The notes: generated from the sequence alone by a model not told the origin. DNA of 64,000 nucleotides from an uncultured delta proteobacterium (GCA_963762595.1 CAVXLI010000011.1:98087-162086); one strand, 5' to 3'; positions 22,581 to 32,813 are shown, counted from the stretch's first letter. A program made the numbers and translations.

Positions 22581-24610
22581 GATTTATTACTCTCCTTGGT
22601 TTGTTTCTGTCTCTTTTTCTGCAAAAGTAAAATTTTAAGCTTGGGAATTCTTTTGGCGGCTTTTACCGATTCAGGATTGAGTTCGTAGGCGTTGGTGTAT
22701 GCTTTCAACGCCTCCGGATACAGCCCTTTTTTCTCGTAAGCTTCTCCCAGGTTAGCGTAAAGCTCATCATCCTCCCGGTCGTATTTCAGCGCAATCAAGT
22801 AATTCTCAATAGCCTTATTCCAATCGCCGCGAGCGGCATAAGCATAACCTAAGCTGGAATAAGACGCAGCTTTTTTCGGTTCCAGAGCAACTATTTTCTG
22901 GTAATATTTTATTGCCGTTTCGTATTTTTTTTCTTTCAAGTAATACTGGGCAATAATACTTAATACTTCCTTGGTCGGGGGAGATATTTTTTCATACTGG
23001 GCAATGGCTTCCTTTTCCTTGCCCAGTTTGCCGTATGTATAGGCCAAATTATAATACACGTTGGAACTTTTAGCGCCGTTTTTAATCGCTTTTTCGTAAT
23101 TTTCGGCTGATACCGCATATTTCTTCAATTCGCCGTAGGCAAAACCAAGGTTGACATAAATCGAAGCTTTCTGGGGAAATTTTGCCGCTAATTTTTCGAA
23201 GTGTTTTACGGCCTGGTCGAATTTCTTGTTTCTAAATGCCAGATCAGCAAGCCTCTCCAGAGCGTCCGTATCTTCCGGATTAATTTTCAAGACCTGTTCG
23301 TATTCGTTGACCGCTTCAGCGTCCATTTTTCTTTTTTCGTAAGCCACTCCCAGATTGAAGCGTATTACGGGATCGTCAGGACTAAGTGAAACCGCCTTCT
23401 TTAAATTCTCCAGTTCTTCCTTCCATTTACCGCGGCCGGCATAGGCCGAAGCAAGATTGGCGTAAGCGGCGGCCATATTGGGCTGATTTTTGATAATTTC
23501 CTTATAATACTTAATGGCCTGATCATATTTTTTGAGCTTCAAATAAACATCGCCCAAAGCAATCAAGGCCGCATCCGCTTCTTTCTCCTTCGAATGCTCG
23601 ACGATATATTTGTATTGTTCGACGGCTAGACTCATCATTTTATTTTTTGTGTAAGCCTCGCCCAATTTAAATCTTAGCGGATAGTTTTCCGGTTCCAGCC
23701 GCACCGCTTCACGATAATTTTCTATAGCTTTATCCCACAGCCCTTTTCCCGCCAGAGCAAGGCCGAGACTGATATAAGCCTGCGCTTCCTTCGGACTTAT
23801 TTTGATAAGTTTTTTCGATACCTCGATGGCATGGTCAAATTCATCTTTCTTGATATAACATTTAGCCAATTCGGCAAGTGCCGCGGTATCGTCGGGCTTG
23901 ATCTCCAATATATCTTTGTATTGACTTATGGCATCATCCAGCCTTCCCTGCCGCAAATAAACACCCGCCAGAATCTTGCGCACTCCGATATCCTGCTTAT
24001 TCATAGCTATAGCTTTTTTCAAATATTCGATTTGGTCTTTAACATTGCCCGAATCTTTGGCAAACCTGAGCCAATCTTGCGGCATAATCACAACTTTTAG
24101 CGGAACAACTGCTATCATTTCATTTTGATAATTTACGCGAATTTTGTAATCGGTTATGGCGCTGGAATCCTGGGGCATAGAGCCGCTTTTCATTATTTTG
24201 TTGACCAGATCAACTCCCTGCAATAGGACACCGATATCATTGTCGCCCTTGCTTAATCCTTCGACATTCACCGTTGTGTATTTGCCCATTAAATCGTCAC
24301 TCGCCACTGCTTTTACCACAAATTCGTCCCGGTAAGTCACCTCCAGCATTTCATCCTCAGCAACGCGGATATTTTTGCCGTTTTTTTCCACTTCCAGATA
24401 ATAGAAATGCGGCTTTCCCTTCAATATATAATAGGAAAAAGTATTTTTTATTCTCATCGCGTTGTAACTAAAATTGCGAATGGCTTGAGGATAAAAATAA
24501 TTGATAGAGGCAAAAACCGCGATAAGGATAACCGTAAAAATCAGTATTCTTCCGATGGGAATCCGCGTTTTCTTTTTCTCATTTCTGTTATCTATATACC
24601 GATCAATCAT
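22577..24610 (-). CDS. TPR-repeat protein with an N-terminal membrane anchor
   Basis: 677 aa. TM helix (ILIFTVILIAVFASI) followed by more than ten TPR units. The start of kdsA overlaps its stop. Confidence 0.8.
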   Translation of the reverse strand: MIDRYIDNRNEKKKTRIPIGRILIFTVILIAVFASINYFYPQAIRNFSYNAMRIKNTFSYYILKGKPHFYYLEVEKNGKNIRVAEDEMLEVTYRDEFVVKAVASDDLMGKYTTVNVEGLSKGDNDIGVLLQGVDLVNKIMKSGSMPQDSSAITDYKIRVNYQNEMIAVVPLKVVIMPQDWLRFAKDSGNVKDQIEYLKKAIAMNKQDIGVRKILAGVYLRQGRLDDAISQYKDILEIKPDDTAALAELAKCYIKKDEFDHAIEVSKKLIKISPKEAQAYISLGLALAGKGLWDKAIENYREAVRLEPENYPLRFKLGEAYTKNKMMSLAVEQYKYIVEHSKEKEADAALIALGDVYLKLKKYDQAIKYYKEIIKNQPNMAAAYANLASAYAGRGKWKEELENLKKAVSLSPDDPVIRFNLGVAYEKRKMDAEAVNEYEQVLKINPEDTDALERLADLAFRNKKFDQAVKHFEKLAAKFPQKASIYVNLGFAYGELKKYAVSAENYEKAIKNGAKSSNVYYNLAYTYGKLGKEKEAIAQYEKISPPTKEVLSIIAQYYLKEKKYETAIKYYQKIVALEPKKAASYSSLGYAYAARGDWNKAIENYLIALKYDREDDELYANLGEAYEKKGLYPEALKAYTNAYELNPESVKAAKRIPKLKILLLQKKRQKQTKESNKS

Positions 24611-24709
24611 TTATCCCTCAATAGTATGATTTGCCCCGCTGCAGAAAGCCCCGTCTCCCGCCGGGGTTGAATGCTTTCTGCAAACCGCGGGATGTCGCGT
24701 TCAGGAAAT

Positions 24710-24747
24710 GTCCCTCCGGCACCTGCCGGAGGGACTCCACTTTTTTT
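24710..24747. terminator. GC-rich 10-bp stem-loop with a T7 tract (possible terminator between the Xer and TPR genes)
   Basis: gtccctccgg-cacctg-ccggagggac, then tccac-ttttttt. Both flanking genes are on the minus strand, so the role is uncertain. Confidence 0.3.
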
Positions 24748-24778
24748 AATTGCGCCTCGGGCTGAAATTTGCCGGCAG

Positions 24779-25671
24779 TCAGCTCCGGGGATGATATTTA
24801 TGATGTATTTCTCTTAACCTTTCCCGTGTTATGTGCGTGTAAATTTGCGTTGTGGAAATGTCGGCATGTCCCAGCATCACCTGCACGATGCGCAAATCCG
24901 CGCCGCCTTCCAACAGATGCGAAGCAAAAGAATGGCGAAACGTGTGCGGATAAACCTTCTTTTGCATTCCGGCTTTTTTAGCATAACGAACGACTATTTT
25001 CCAAAAACCCTGCCGGGTAAATTTTCCTCCAAAGCGGTTTAAAAACAATACATCCGTGCTTTTTTTTTGCATCAATTGCGGCCGGGCCTTATCTATATAA
25101 ACTCTTACGCAGTCGTAAGCGGTTTTGCCGATAGGAACGATTCGTTCCTTATTGCCTTTGCCCATAACAGTCAAAAAGCCCACCTGCCAATTAATACTGT
25201 TCATCGTCAAATTAATCAACTCCGAAACGCGAATTCCCGTCGCGTAGAGAAGCTCCAGCATGGCGCTATCCCGCATCGCCGAAGGCTGTCTCTCCTCCCG
25301 GCTGGGCTAAAATAACGTTCATTTCTTCCTTACTTATCGTATCGGGAAGCCGCATCCATACTTTGGCCAGTTCAATATTGGCCAGTGGCGTTTGTTCGAT
25401 TTTCTTTTCCATGAGCAGATATTTATAAAACCCTCTCAGGGCCGCAAGCGACCGGTTCATGGAATTGGCCGATAATCCCTCTCTTTTAATCTGCGTTAAA
25501 TATTCAATAATTACCTCCGGCGTAACTTCCGGCAATTGAGTTAATCCTTTTTGCCCCTGGACAAATACAAAGAAACCGGCGCAAATCACGGCCATAGGCT
25601 TCCAGTGTATTTTGGGCGACGCCCCGTTCAATTAAAAGATAATTGAAATACTTCGCCAGTAATTCCTGCAT
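24779..25671 (-). pseudogene. XerC/XerD-family tyrosine recombinase, two frameshifts
   Basis: N-terminal SAM-like domain MQELLAKYFNYLLIERGVAQNTLEAYGRDL. Catalytic domain HTFRHSFASHLLEGGADLRIVQVMLGHADISTTQIYTH (24779-25276). Confidence 0.88.
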
Positions 25672-25788
25672 GGAACTTTTTAACGCAAATATGCCTGTGA
25701 AGCAAAGTTTTTTTATTGACTTATTTGGAAAATCTCGTAAAAATGAGAATGGAGAAACTAAGGAAAATAGCTCTGGGGGAAATATCTC

Positions 25789-26235
25789 ATGAAAAAAATC
25801 ATTATTGCCTCCGATCACGGCGCCGTAGCCCTGAAAAGCGAAATTATATCCTTTTTAAAAACAAAAAATTGCGCGGTAAAAGACATGGGTGTAAACAGTG
25901 AGGATTCGGTGGATTATCCCGATATTGCCGTCTCCGCCTGCAACGAATTTAAGAAAGGCGGGTATGATTTCGGCATTTTGCTTTGCGGCACGGGAATCGG
26001 TATGTCTATAGCCGCCAACAAAATCAAGGGCATCCGGTGCGCGCAGATTTTCGACCTTTTTACCGCCGAGATGGCCAAAGCCCACAATGACGCCAATTTT
26101 ATCGCTTTTGGCGGCAGGGTAAAATATAATGTTCCGGTTACGGAAATGATTGAAAAATTCATGAATACAACTTTCGCGGGTGACAGGCATCAAAGAAGAG
26201 TAACTAAAATAATGGATTTAGATAAAAAACGTTAA
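25789..26235 (+). CDS. rpiB: ribose-5-phosphate isomerase B
   Basis: 148 aa, LacAB/RpiB fold, with CGTGIGMSIAANK. Confidence 0.92.
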   Translation: MKKIIIASDHGAVALKSEIISFLKTKNCAVKDMGVNSEDSVDYPDIAVSACNEFKKGGYDFGILLCGTGIGMSIAANKIKGIRCAQIFDLFTAEMAKAHNDANFIAFGGRVKYNVPVTEMIEKFMNTTFAGDRHQRRVTKIMDLDKKR

Positions 26236-26247
26236 GACACCGCTTTT

Positions 26248-27127
26248 TTGATTCGGGTAATTGATATGGCGGAAGTTTTAAACAAAAAAAAGATTCGCCA
26301 GGTTTTTCGCGATGTACAAAAACATCTGCTTATCGGGCAATTAATCCGCCGCTTTTCCACCAACAAAGATGATATCAGACAAACCGCATTAAGCCAGGTT
26401 ACCCTGGCGAATTGCCGGAATGTCTTGGAATTAGGCTGTGCTTTCGGCGCTTTTACCGAAGCCCTGCAAGGCAAGCTTCATCCCGCGGCAAAAATCACCG
26501 GCCTGGATATTGTCCCCGAATATGAGCCTTTTTTTCTGGAAGCATGTAAACGCGCGGGCTACGCGGGAACATTTTCCGCCTCCGGTGTCGAACAAATTAA
26601 AAAATATCCCGCCGACTCATTTGATCTGGTTATTTGCAGTTACGCTTTATACTTTTTTGCCGATACCATTCCCGAAATTGCCCGCGTCCTCACAAAAGAC
26701 GGAATTTTCATTACCATCACCCATTCCGTCTGCGATATGCGAGGAGCTGGTAGAGATCACCAAAAATATTCTGAAGCAAAATAATTTACTCGGCGATAAA
26801 CAATCCCTGCCGATAGAAATCCTTGTGGACCGGTTTTCCGCCGAAAACGGCGATAAGATTCTGGCGCCATTCTTCGGTGAGATACAGGCAATCGACTACA
26901 AAAATAAGCTGATTTTTCAGCCGCAGGAAATTGACTATTTTCTGGAATATTTTCACTTTAAAAAATCTTTTTTCCTGATGGTAGCTGATGATCACAAAAA
27001 AAATATCGCTGACCAGCTTGTGCGCGAACTGAAAAATACAGCAATAAAGGAAAAAAATATCAGCATGTGCAAGGATGATAAGATTTTTATTGCGTCTCAA
27101 CCTTTGCTGCCGAAGGAACTATCATGA
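26248..27127 (+). pseudogene. class I SAM-dependent methyltransferase with a C-terminal extension, one frameshift near 26740
   Basis: Motif I LELGCAFGAFT and DLVICSYALYF in ORF 26248-26784. The reading continues (CEELVEITKNILK...) in ORF 26438-27127. Confidence 0.7.
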
Positions 27128-28125
27128 AGAAACAGCGCAAGCATTGTCTTTACTGCGGTGAAACCACTATCAAGAAATATGAAGACGGAGTTCAGCGTGA
27201 TTATTGCCCCTCGTGCCAGTGCTTTTTTTATGAAAACCCCCTGCCGGTGGTTTCCGCGATTCTCGAATCTTCACGCCGGATACTTTTAGTCAAGCGCAGC
27301 CGGCCCCCTTTCAAGGGTATGTGGTGCTTACCGACAGGCTTTGCCGAAGCCGGGGAAAGCATTGAAGACGCAACTTTACGCGAACTGGAAGAAGAAACCG
27401 GCATCAAAGGCCGGATAGTAAAACTGCTGGATGTTGATTCTTACAAGAGCCGCTTTTACGGCGATTTGCTTTTTTTGACCTTTGTGGTGGAACAAAACGG
27501 CGGAAAACTTGCCGCCGGCGGTGATTGCGCCGAAGCCCGGTTTTGGCCGGTGAACAAACTGCCGCCTATGGCCTTCCCTCCCAATAAACGCGCTTTGGAT
27601 GCCTATATAAAAAGCAAAAGGGACTACTGGGCGATATTCGATTCAATCGAACACGCGGACGAAAAAGCAGTTTCACCCAAGATAGCAAAAAATCCTTTAA
27701 CGCGCCGTCTGGTCAACGTAATACTTAAAAATAAGGAAGAAATAATCAATCAATGGATGGAAGATATAGCGGTGAATCCTTCCACCGTCGAATACCACAG
27801 TGTGGAGAGCCGCATACTATATAATATCTGCGATAAGATACTTTCCCAGATAACTCTCTGGCTGGGCGGCTTGCACGATGTTGATAGGGTTAGGAGTTTC
27901 TACATCAAGCTGGGCCAGGAAAGAAAAATAGAAGGTTTTAAAATCAGCGAAGCCCTTAGCGCGCTGAGCCTCATCCGCAAACACATCTGGACGTTCGCCC
28001 TCGCGCAGGATGCTCTGCAGAAAAATCTGGAGCTTTACATGACTTTTGAACTGCAAAGGCAAATGACCATCTTCTTCGATCTGGCCACTTTTTATTTAAC
28101 GCGCGGGTATGAGGAAAAACAATAA
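27124..28125 (+). CDS. Zn-ribbon-NUDIX hydrolase fused to a C-terminal helical sensor-like domain (RsbRD-N-like, tentative)
   Basis: 333 aa, intact. CLYCGE...CPSCQC ribbon, NUDIX box GFAEAGESIEDATLRELEEETGI, then about 150 aa of helical domain (EEIINQWMEDI...). Confidence 0.8.
   Translation: MKKQRKHCLYCGETTIKKYEDGVQRDYCPSCQCFFYENPLPVVSAILESSRRILLVKRSRPPFKGMWCLPTGFAEAGESIEDATLRELEEETGIKGRIVKLLDVDSYKSRFYGDLLFLTFVVEQNGGKLAAGGDCAEARFWPVNKLPPMAFPPNKRALDAYIKSKRDYWAIFDSIEHADEKAVSPKIAKNPLTRRLVNVILKNKEEIINQWMEDIAVNPSTVEYHSVESRILYNICDKILSQITLWLGGLHDVDRVRSFYIKLGQERKIEGFKISEALSALSLIRKHIWTFALAQDALQKNLELYMTFELQRQMTIFFDLATFYLTRGYEEKQ
28084..28125 (+). repeat. direct repeat A (3' end of the NUDIX gene)
   Basis: gccactttttatttaacgcgcgggtatgaggaaaaa recurs at 29278-29313 as gccactttttatctgacgcgggggtacgaggaaaaa. 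Both encode ATFYLTRGYEEK followed by a stop. Confidence 0.8.
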
Positions 28126-28214
28126 AGTTATGCTATGCGCAATTTAACCGATTTGTTTTTAATTAAGCATTCTGTCTACGATAAAAATGCATCGCGCAAG
28201 AAAGGATACGAGTT

Positions 28215-29183
28215 ATGAAAACAATTAAGGTGACCAAGATAGTTACCTCTATTTTTTTAGTGATTTTGGCATTTTCTCTTATAGGATGTAGCCCTAACTT
28301 GACCTCTCTTGTCCCATACCGGCGTGCTCCGGGAGAAGTTCTTTTAATCAAAGGGGAAAACTTTGGAAACACGCAGGGAAGTCTAATACCCTGTATCAGC
28401 AGATGTCGCTTCTCCTGTCTCTACGAGGTTCTTTCATGGACACCCACAGACGTTGAGGTCCGCCTCCCTTCTGATCTGCCGTCTGGCAATTATAAAGTTC
28501 TTATTTATGACGATAGTGATCACACCGGCAGCAATTCTCTTGATCTTTGGGTTACTGCGGCATCAGTGCCATTAGCGATCATAGACCCTTACGAAGTGCA
28601 GGTTAAAAGCTTCAGAGCACGTTATGGCAAAAGTATTGAATGGGAAAGGTGGATGTTAGACAATCGAGGCCGCTATGAAGCTGCATTTTTGAAGGCCAAA
28701 GAGGCTCCGTGTACGCGTAATATAGCGTTTAGATATGATACCGATCCGATTGCCTACAATCCTCCATGGGTCAACGAGGATCAGCATATGGCCGCGCTGA
28801 AAACATTATCAGATCTTACTTATCCAGGTTATGATTTTCGCTTCCTCTTTGATGGGGACACTGATTACTCTTACGCCAACGCCATAGCTGGTATTCCAAC
28901 GAATGAATCATATGCGTCCGGTAAGGATGTTTATCTCTATTATGAAACTGTTTTTCGTCACGAGTTTGCTCATATTATATGTGTTCCGCATCATTACGAT
29001 ACCGATGCAGAAACAGGCATGGGAAGACATATGCCTCCAGGAGAATCCCGGTGTTTGATGGATCGAAGTAGCAATCAGTTTTGCTCTGCTTGTCGAACTG
29101 CGTTGAATATTCCGCTCGATGTTGATAATGATGAGGCCATCAATGCAGCTAATGAAGAGATCAGGAGGAGATACCCTTATTGA
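28215..29183 (+). CDS. secreted lipoprotein with an IPT/TIG-like N-domain and a metzincin-like zinc protease motif
   Basis: 322 aa. Lipobox LIGC. HEFAHIICVPH has the HExxHxxXxxH spacing with Cys in the Gly position. A possible Met-turn (CLMD) and a Cys-rich tail follow. Confidence 0.6.
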   Translation: MKTIKVTKIVTSIFLVILAFSLIGCSPNLTSLVPYRRAPGEVLLIKGENFGNTQGSLIPCISRCRFSCLYEVLSWTPTDVEVRLPSDLPSGNYKVLIYDDSDHTGSNSLDLWVTAASVPLAIIDPYEVQVKSFRARYGKSIEWERWMLDNRGRYEAAFLKAKEAPCTRNIAFRYDTDPIAYNPPWVNEDQHMAALKTLSDLTYPGYDFRFLFDGDTDYSYANAIAGIPTNESYASGKDVYLYYETVFRHEFAHIICVPHHYDTDAETGMGRHMPPGESRCLMDRSSNQFCSACRTALNIPLDVDNDEAINAANEEIRRRYPY

Positions 29184-29277
29184 TGGTCGAATGTTTATCC
29201 GTAACGACAAAAATTACCGGGGCAGTATGCTTAGTGAGGGTATCTACAGTAATTGTTCATCCCCGTGGTTCAATTTC

Positions 29278-29316
29278 GCCACTTTTTATCTGACGCGGGG
29301 GTACGAGGAAAAATAG
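29278..29316 (+). repeat. direct repeat B (orphan copy of the NUDIX gene 3' end)
   Basis: See 28084-28125. The copy ends in TAG at 29314-29316. Confidence 0.8.
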
Positions 29317-29357
29317 TGAGACTCAAGTTTCAGAAATGTAGTGAACTGAAACTTGTA

Positions 29358-29445
29358 AGCCGAACTATCCCGCGAGCGAAGCGTAGCGGGATAATGAAAG
29401 CGCAAATGGAATTGATCCCGCTAGCGCAGCATGTCGGGGTAAGGT
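29358..29445. repeat. hairpin repeats of the GAAYTRATCCC family
   Basis: ccgaactatcccgcgagcgaagcgtagcgggataatg (7-bp stem atcccgc/gcgggat) and ggaattgatcccgctagcgcagcatgtcgggg. Confidence 0.7.
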
Positions 29446-29772
29446 TATGCTATGCCAAATCAAGCTGATTCAATTTGCCGGACTAGTATTACTTATGACG
29501 ATATTATAATTATGTATCCTATCCTTAGAAATGGAACTCAACTCAAAGCGGAATAGAATATGACAACGATAATTTGTCCAATTGTATTTAAAGATTTTAA
29601 AGAAAGTATAATATTATCGAAACAAGTGATAATTCGCGCCCTTACAAAAGAATAAAAAGAATATATTTTTAAGGGCTACAGGATAGGTTATAAGTTTATC
29701 AATAAAGGCCCTTTCACAGATAGAATTCAAATTGAATCCGGCGCAGAACCTTACTCGCGGGGCTACTCTGTA

Positions 29773-30435
29773 ATGAATACTAATTTGCAGTATTTTTTGG
29801 CAGCTAATCACTGTGTAGAATTGATGACTCCGGCTCGTTTTCATGATGAAGCTTTAAAAATAAACATTGCTTTAAAACTCTTTAAGCTAACTTCAAGCGG
29901 AATCTTTATTTGGTTTAACAGTGGCAAGCATTCAGAAGGAAGAAATGACGAATATCTTAATCCTTTTAATGGACCTTTTGGCTATTTGACTCTCGGCACA
30001 TCCGATGGCAATGGATTAAGAAGGATCTACGAAAAAATTGATCTCTCAGATAACCATTTATCCTTAATTACTTTTTTATTTTTAAGATCTTTGCAAGGAG
30101 GAGATGAGCATTATGATATTAGATTCTTGCAACTAGCTACAATCTTAGAAATGCTTTTCGCTAAAGACAGTCCCGATAATCTCACATATAAACTATCCAT
30201 TAGGTCATCTAAATTACTTGGACAAAAATTTAAGGAAGATGGTTATCTCTTATTTAATAAAATCAAAAATATTTATAAAATGAGAAGCAAAATTGTTCAC
30301 GCTGCTGATTATAATAAATTCGATATAAACATGTTTTGTGAATTAGCTGAAATAATCAGAAAATGTTTAAATATTTATCTCGAAAATAAAGATTCATTTG
30401 AACCAGAAGAACTTGATAAATTATTAGTGAAATAA
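29773..30435 (+). CDS. HEPN-domain protein (Rx4H motif), Apea/MAE-like, putative RNase
   Basis: 220 aa. RSKIVH at 30283-30300 sits in the helical C-terminal half (IYKMRSKIVHAADY). Local sequence is strongly AT-rich. Confidence 0.55.
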   Translation: MNTNLQYFLAANHCVELMTPARFHDEALKINIALKLFKLTSSGIFIWFNSGKHSEGRNDEYLNPFNGPFGYLTLGTSDGNGLRRIYEKIDLSDNHLSLITFLFLRSLQGGDEHYDIRFLQLATILEMLFAKDSPDNLTYKLSIRSSKLLGQKFKEDGYLLFNKIKNIYKMRSKIVHAADYNKFDINMFCELAEIIRKCLNIYLENKDSFEPEELDKLLVK

Positions 30436-30466
30436 CCAGATATTCCGGGAACAGTATATTTATTTA

Positions 30467-30868
30467 TTGACAGACGCAAATTACCTGAAAGGATTATTTA
30501 AAATGAAGCTTCTCACGATATTTTACATACTCAATGCTACATTGCTATTATTGCATGAAATTGAATCTGCATATGAAAAAGAATGGGAAATACTAAAAAT
30601 TCCAGGCAAGATAACTGTATTTCTAATTCTACATATACCGATAATCCTTTTACTCTTTTATGGATTATTAGAAATTGAAAATCAATCTCCACGCGGTTTA
30701 AGACTTGGAATAATTACAGGAATTGCAGGAGTAATTCCATATCTAGTTCATAAGGTATTCGTGAGACGTGAAGACTGTTTCAATTTACTGATTTCAAATA
30801 TTTTAATATATTTAAATGTTGTAACCGGAATCGGGACTATTATTTCATCAGCACTCCTGATCTTTTGA
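30467..30868 (+). CDS. 4-TM membrane protein (HEIESAYEKEWE motif)
   Basis: 133 aa (the likely start is MKLLTIF at 30503) with four hydrophobic helices. Lies 31 nt after the HEPN gene. Confidence 0.5.
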   Translation: MTDANYLKGLFKMKLLTIFYILNATLLLLHEIESAYEKEWEILKIPGKITVFLILHIPIILLLFYGLLEIENQSPRGLRLGIITGIAGVIPYLVHKVFVRREDCFNLLISNILIYLNVVTGIGTIISSALLIF

Positions 30869-30883
30869 CACGTTGCCACATAT

Positions 30884-31354
30884 ATGAATGACCTAATCAT
30901 TACGAAAGCCGTAAAAGAAGATTTGCCCATCATTCTTGATGTACAAAGAAAAGCATTTCTGGAAGTGGCTAGAACTTTTCATTTGAAATCCATGCCGCAG
31001 ATAGAACAAACACTGGAAAGCTTAACGGATGAATTTAATAATTGCACCATTTTAAAAGCTTCTCTCTGCCAATACAATAGTTGGCTCAGTGCGCGCATAC
31101 CATGAAAAACGATACCTGCTATCATCAGCAGATTAGTAGTTCTTCCGGAATATCAAAATCGAGGAATCGGCAAGGCCTTAATGAATGAAATCGAAAATCA
31201 ATTCAAAAATATTGTAAAGAGATATGAATTATTTACCGGCTCCCGGGATCAAAGAAACCTCTACCTTTATAATAAACTGGGATACAAATCATTTAAAACC
31301 GAATATCTTAATAGTGAAATAACTTTTGTATTTATGGAAAAAAGCGCTCGATAA
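30884..31354 (+). pseudogene. GNAT-family N-acetyltransferase, frameshifted
   Basis: N-terminal part is ORF 30884-31105. The acetyl-CoA motif region (VVLPEYQNRGIGKALMNEIE...LYNKLGYK) is in another frame, ending at TAA 31352-31354. Confidence 0.75.
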
Positions 31355-31570
31355 TTACGTGTTCCCCTTCGGGCCGAGCCACGGTCTTGTGTTATCCAAA
31401 AGATAATCATCGCTGTGATCTATCATGCATTCCGGACAAAGGTGAACCATCATGTTGCTTTCAATATGCCGGACAATCAGCAACCTCGGCGCATTTTGAT
31501 TGCAGCAAAAGCATTTGTCCGCAATATCATTTTTATGAAAACGATAACTTTCTTCATCGTAGTATTTCAT
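31355..31570 (-). CDS. small Zn-ribbon-like protein (71 aa)
   Basis: CFCCNQN...CPEC cysteine pairs. Convergent with the GNAT gene, with no gap. Confidence 0.4.
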   Translation of the reverse strand: MKYYDEESYRFHKNDIADKCFCCNQNAPRLLIVRHIESNMMVHLCPECMIDHSDDYLLDNTRPWLGPKGNT

Positions 31571-31630
31571 AGAGATTCACTTGCCCACTTTTTCCGAATA
31601 TACCTGAAATGCAAAATTCTTCAAATGGAT

Positions 31631-32813
31631 TTAGGAAATTGCCCCGGATGCTTTTTGTGCCGCATTTATCGGGGCGGGAAACGTCAGCATAAATGTCGTT
31701 CCCTTTCCTTCCCTTGACGAAACTTCGATTCCGCCATTGTGCGATTCCATGATTTTTTTGCAGAAAGTAAGTCCCAGGCCGGAACCTCTGATTTTTTCGT
31801 CTTTTCCCTTGCATCTGAAAAAAGGCTCGAAAATTAACGGAAGCTTATCCTGGGGAATGCCAATCCCCGTATCCGCTATGCTGGCGATGGTATAATATTC
31901 GTCGTTTTTAACGGTGACGGTTATTTTGCCGCCCTCCGGAGTATATTTTGTCGCGTTGCCGATGATGTTGGTAAATACCCTTACCAGGCTTTCCTCATCT
32001 CCTGTTATCTGGGGTAACTTTTTGGGAATATTTGTTTCCAGAGAAATTCCCTTCTTCCGGCAGATAGGAGTCATTTCCTCCACGCTCCGGGAAATGATGG
32101 AAGTCAAGCTTAAAGAGACTTTCTGCTGTGCAAGTGTTCCATTCTCAATCCGGCTGATGTCCAGCCAGTGTTCGACCATTTCCTCGAGACTCTGGATGCG
32201 TTTTCTGCATCGTTCAATGATTTCTTTGACATCTTTATCGAAGCGGTCTCCCGCTATTTCGTTGAGCGCCTCAATGTATTGCCGGATAACGACAAGCGGA
32301 GAACGCATTTCGTGGCTTACAAAGGTGATGAAGTTCTTTTCCATCTGTTCTTTTTCTTCTCTCAGCTTCCTTGTTTCGATTTTGAGGTTGCGGTGTTCTA
32401 ACCCCCGCTTTGTCAGACGCTCTTAATTGATCGGGGTTGAATGGTTTGGGAAGGTAGTCATAAGCGCCTTTTTGCATGGCCTCCACTGCCGAGACAATGG
32501 TCGCAAATCCTGTGATCATGACAAGAACAGTATCGGGTATGTCCCGGGAAAGGATTTCGATGATTTCCATCCCCGATATATTAGGCATTTTAAGATCAAT
32601 AAAGGCCATATCAGGCATGTGTTCCCGTGCCAGCTTGATACCCTCGACTCCCTGCTCGGCCGTAAGTACGGCGTAGCCGCATTTTTCCAGGACCTGCCTG
32701 CACCCGTCCCGCAGGGCTTCTTCATCATCGATAATCAGAATCAGAGGTTTTTCAGATTGTTCGTCATGGCTATTTGCCGCCCAGTTCCTGAGCAATGTAC
32801 CGGAGAAGATCAT
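31631..32813 (-). pseudogene. receiver-histidine kinase hybrid, with a frameshift at the domain junction
   Basis: Receiver LILIIDDEE...FIDLKMPNISG...PKPFNPDQL (32271-32813). H-box FVSHEMRSPL and ATPase G-boxes IADTGIGIP and GSGLGLTFC (31631-32344). Confidence 0.8.

Noticed and set aside
24620-24760. SRP/4.5S-like or other known small RNA in the hairpin-rich gap
   Set aside because: The conserved SRP domain IV motif (GGAAGCAGC-type loop) and other hallmark sequences are absent. Retained only as an unexplained structured region.
26438-26740. The 5' part of ORF 26438-27127 as an independent overlapping gene
   Set aside because: Its first roughly 100 codons overlap the methyltransferase domain in another frame and look non-protein-like. 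Only the part after about 26740 continues the methyltransferase reading, following a frameshift.
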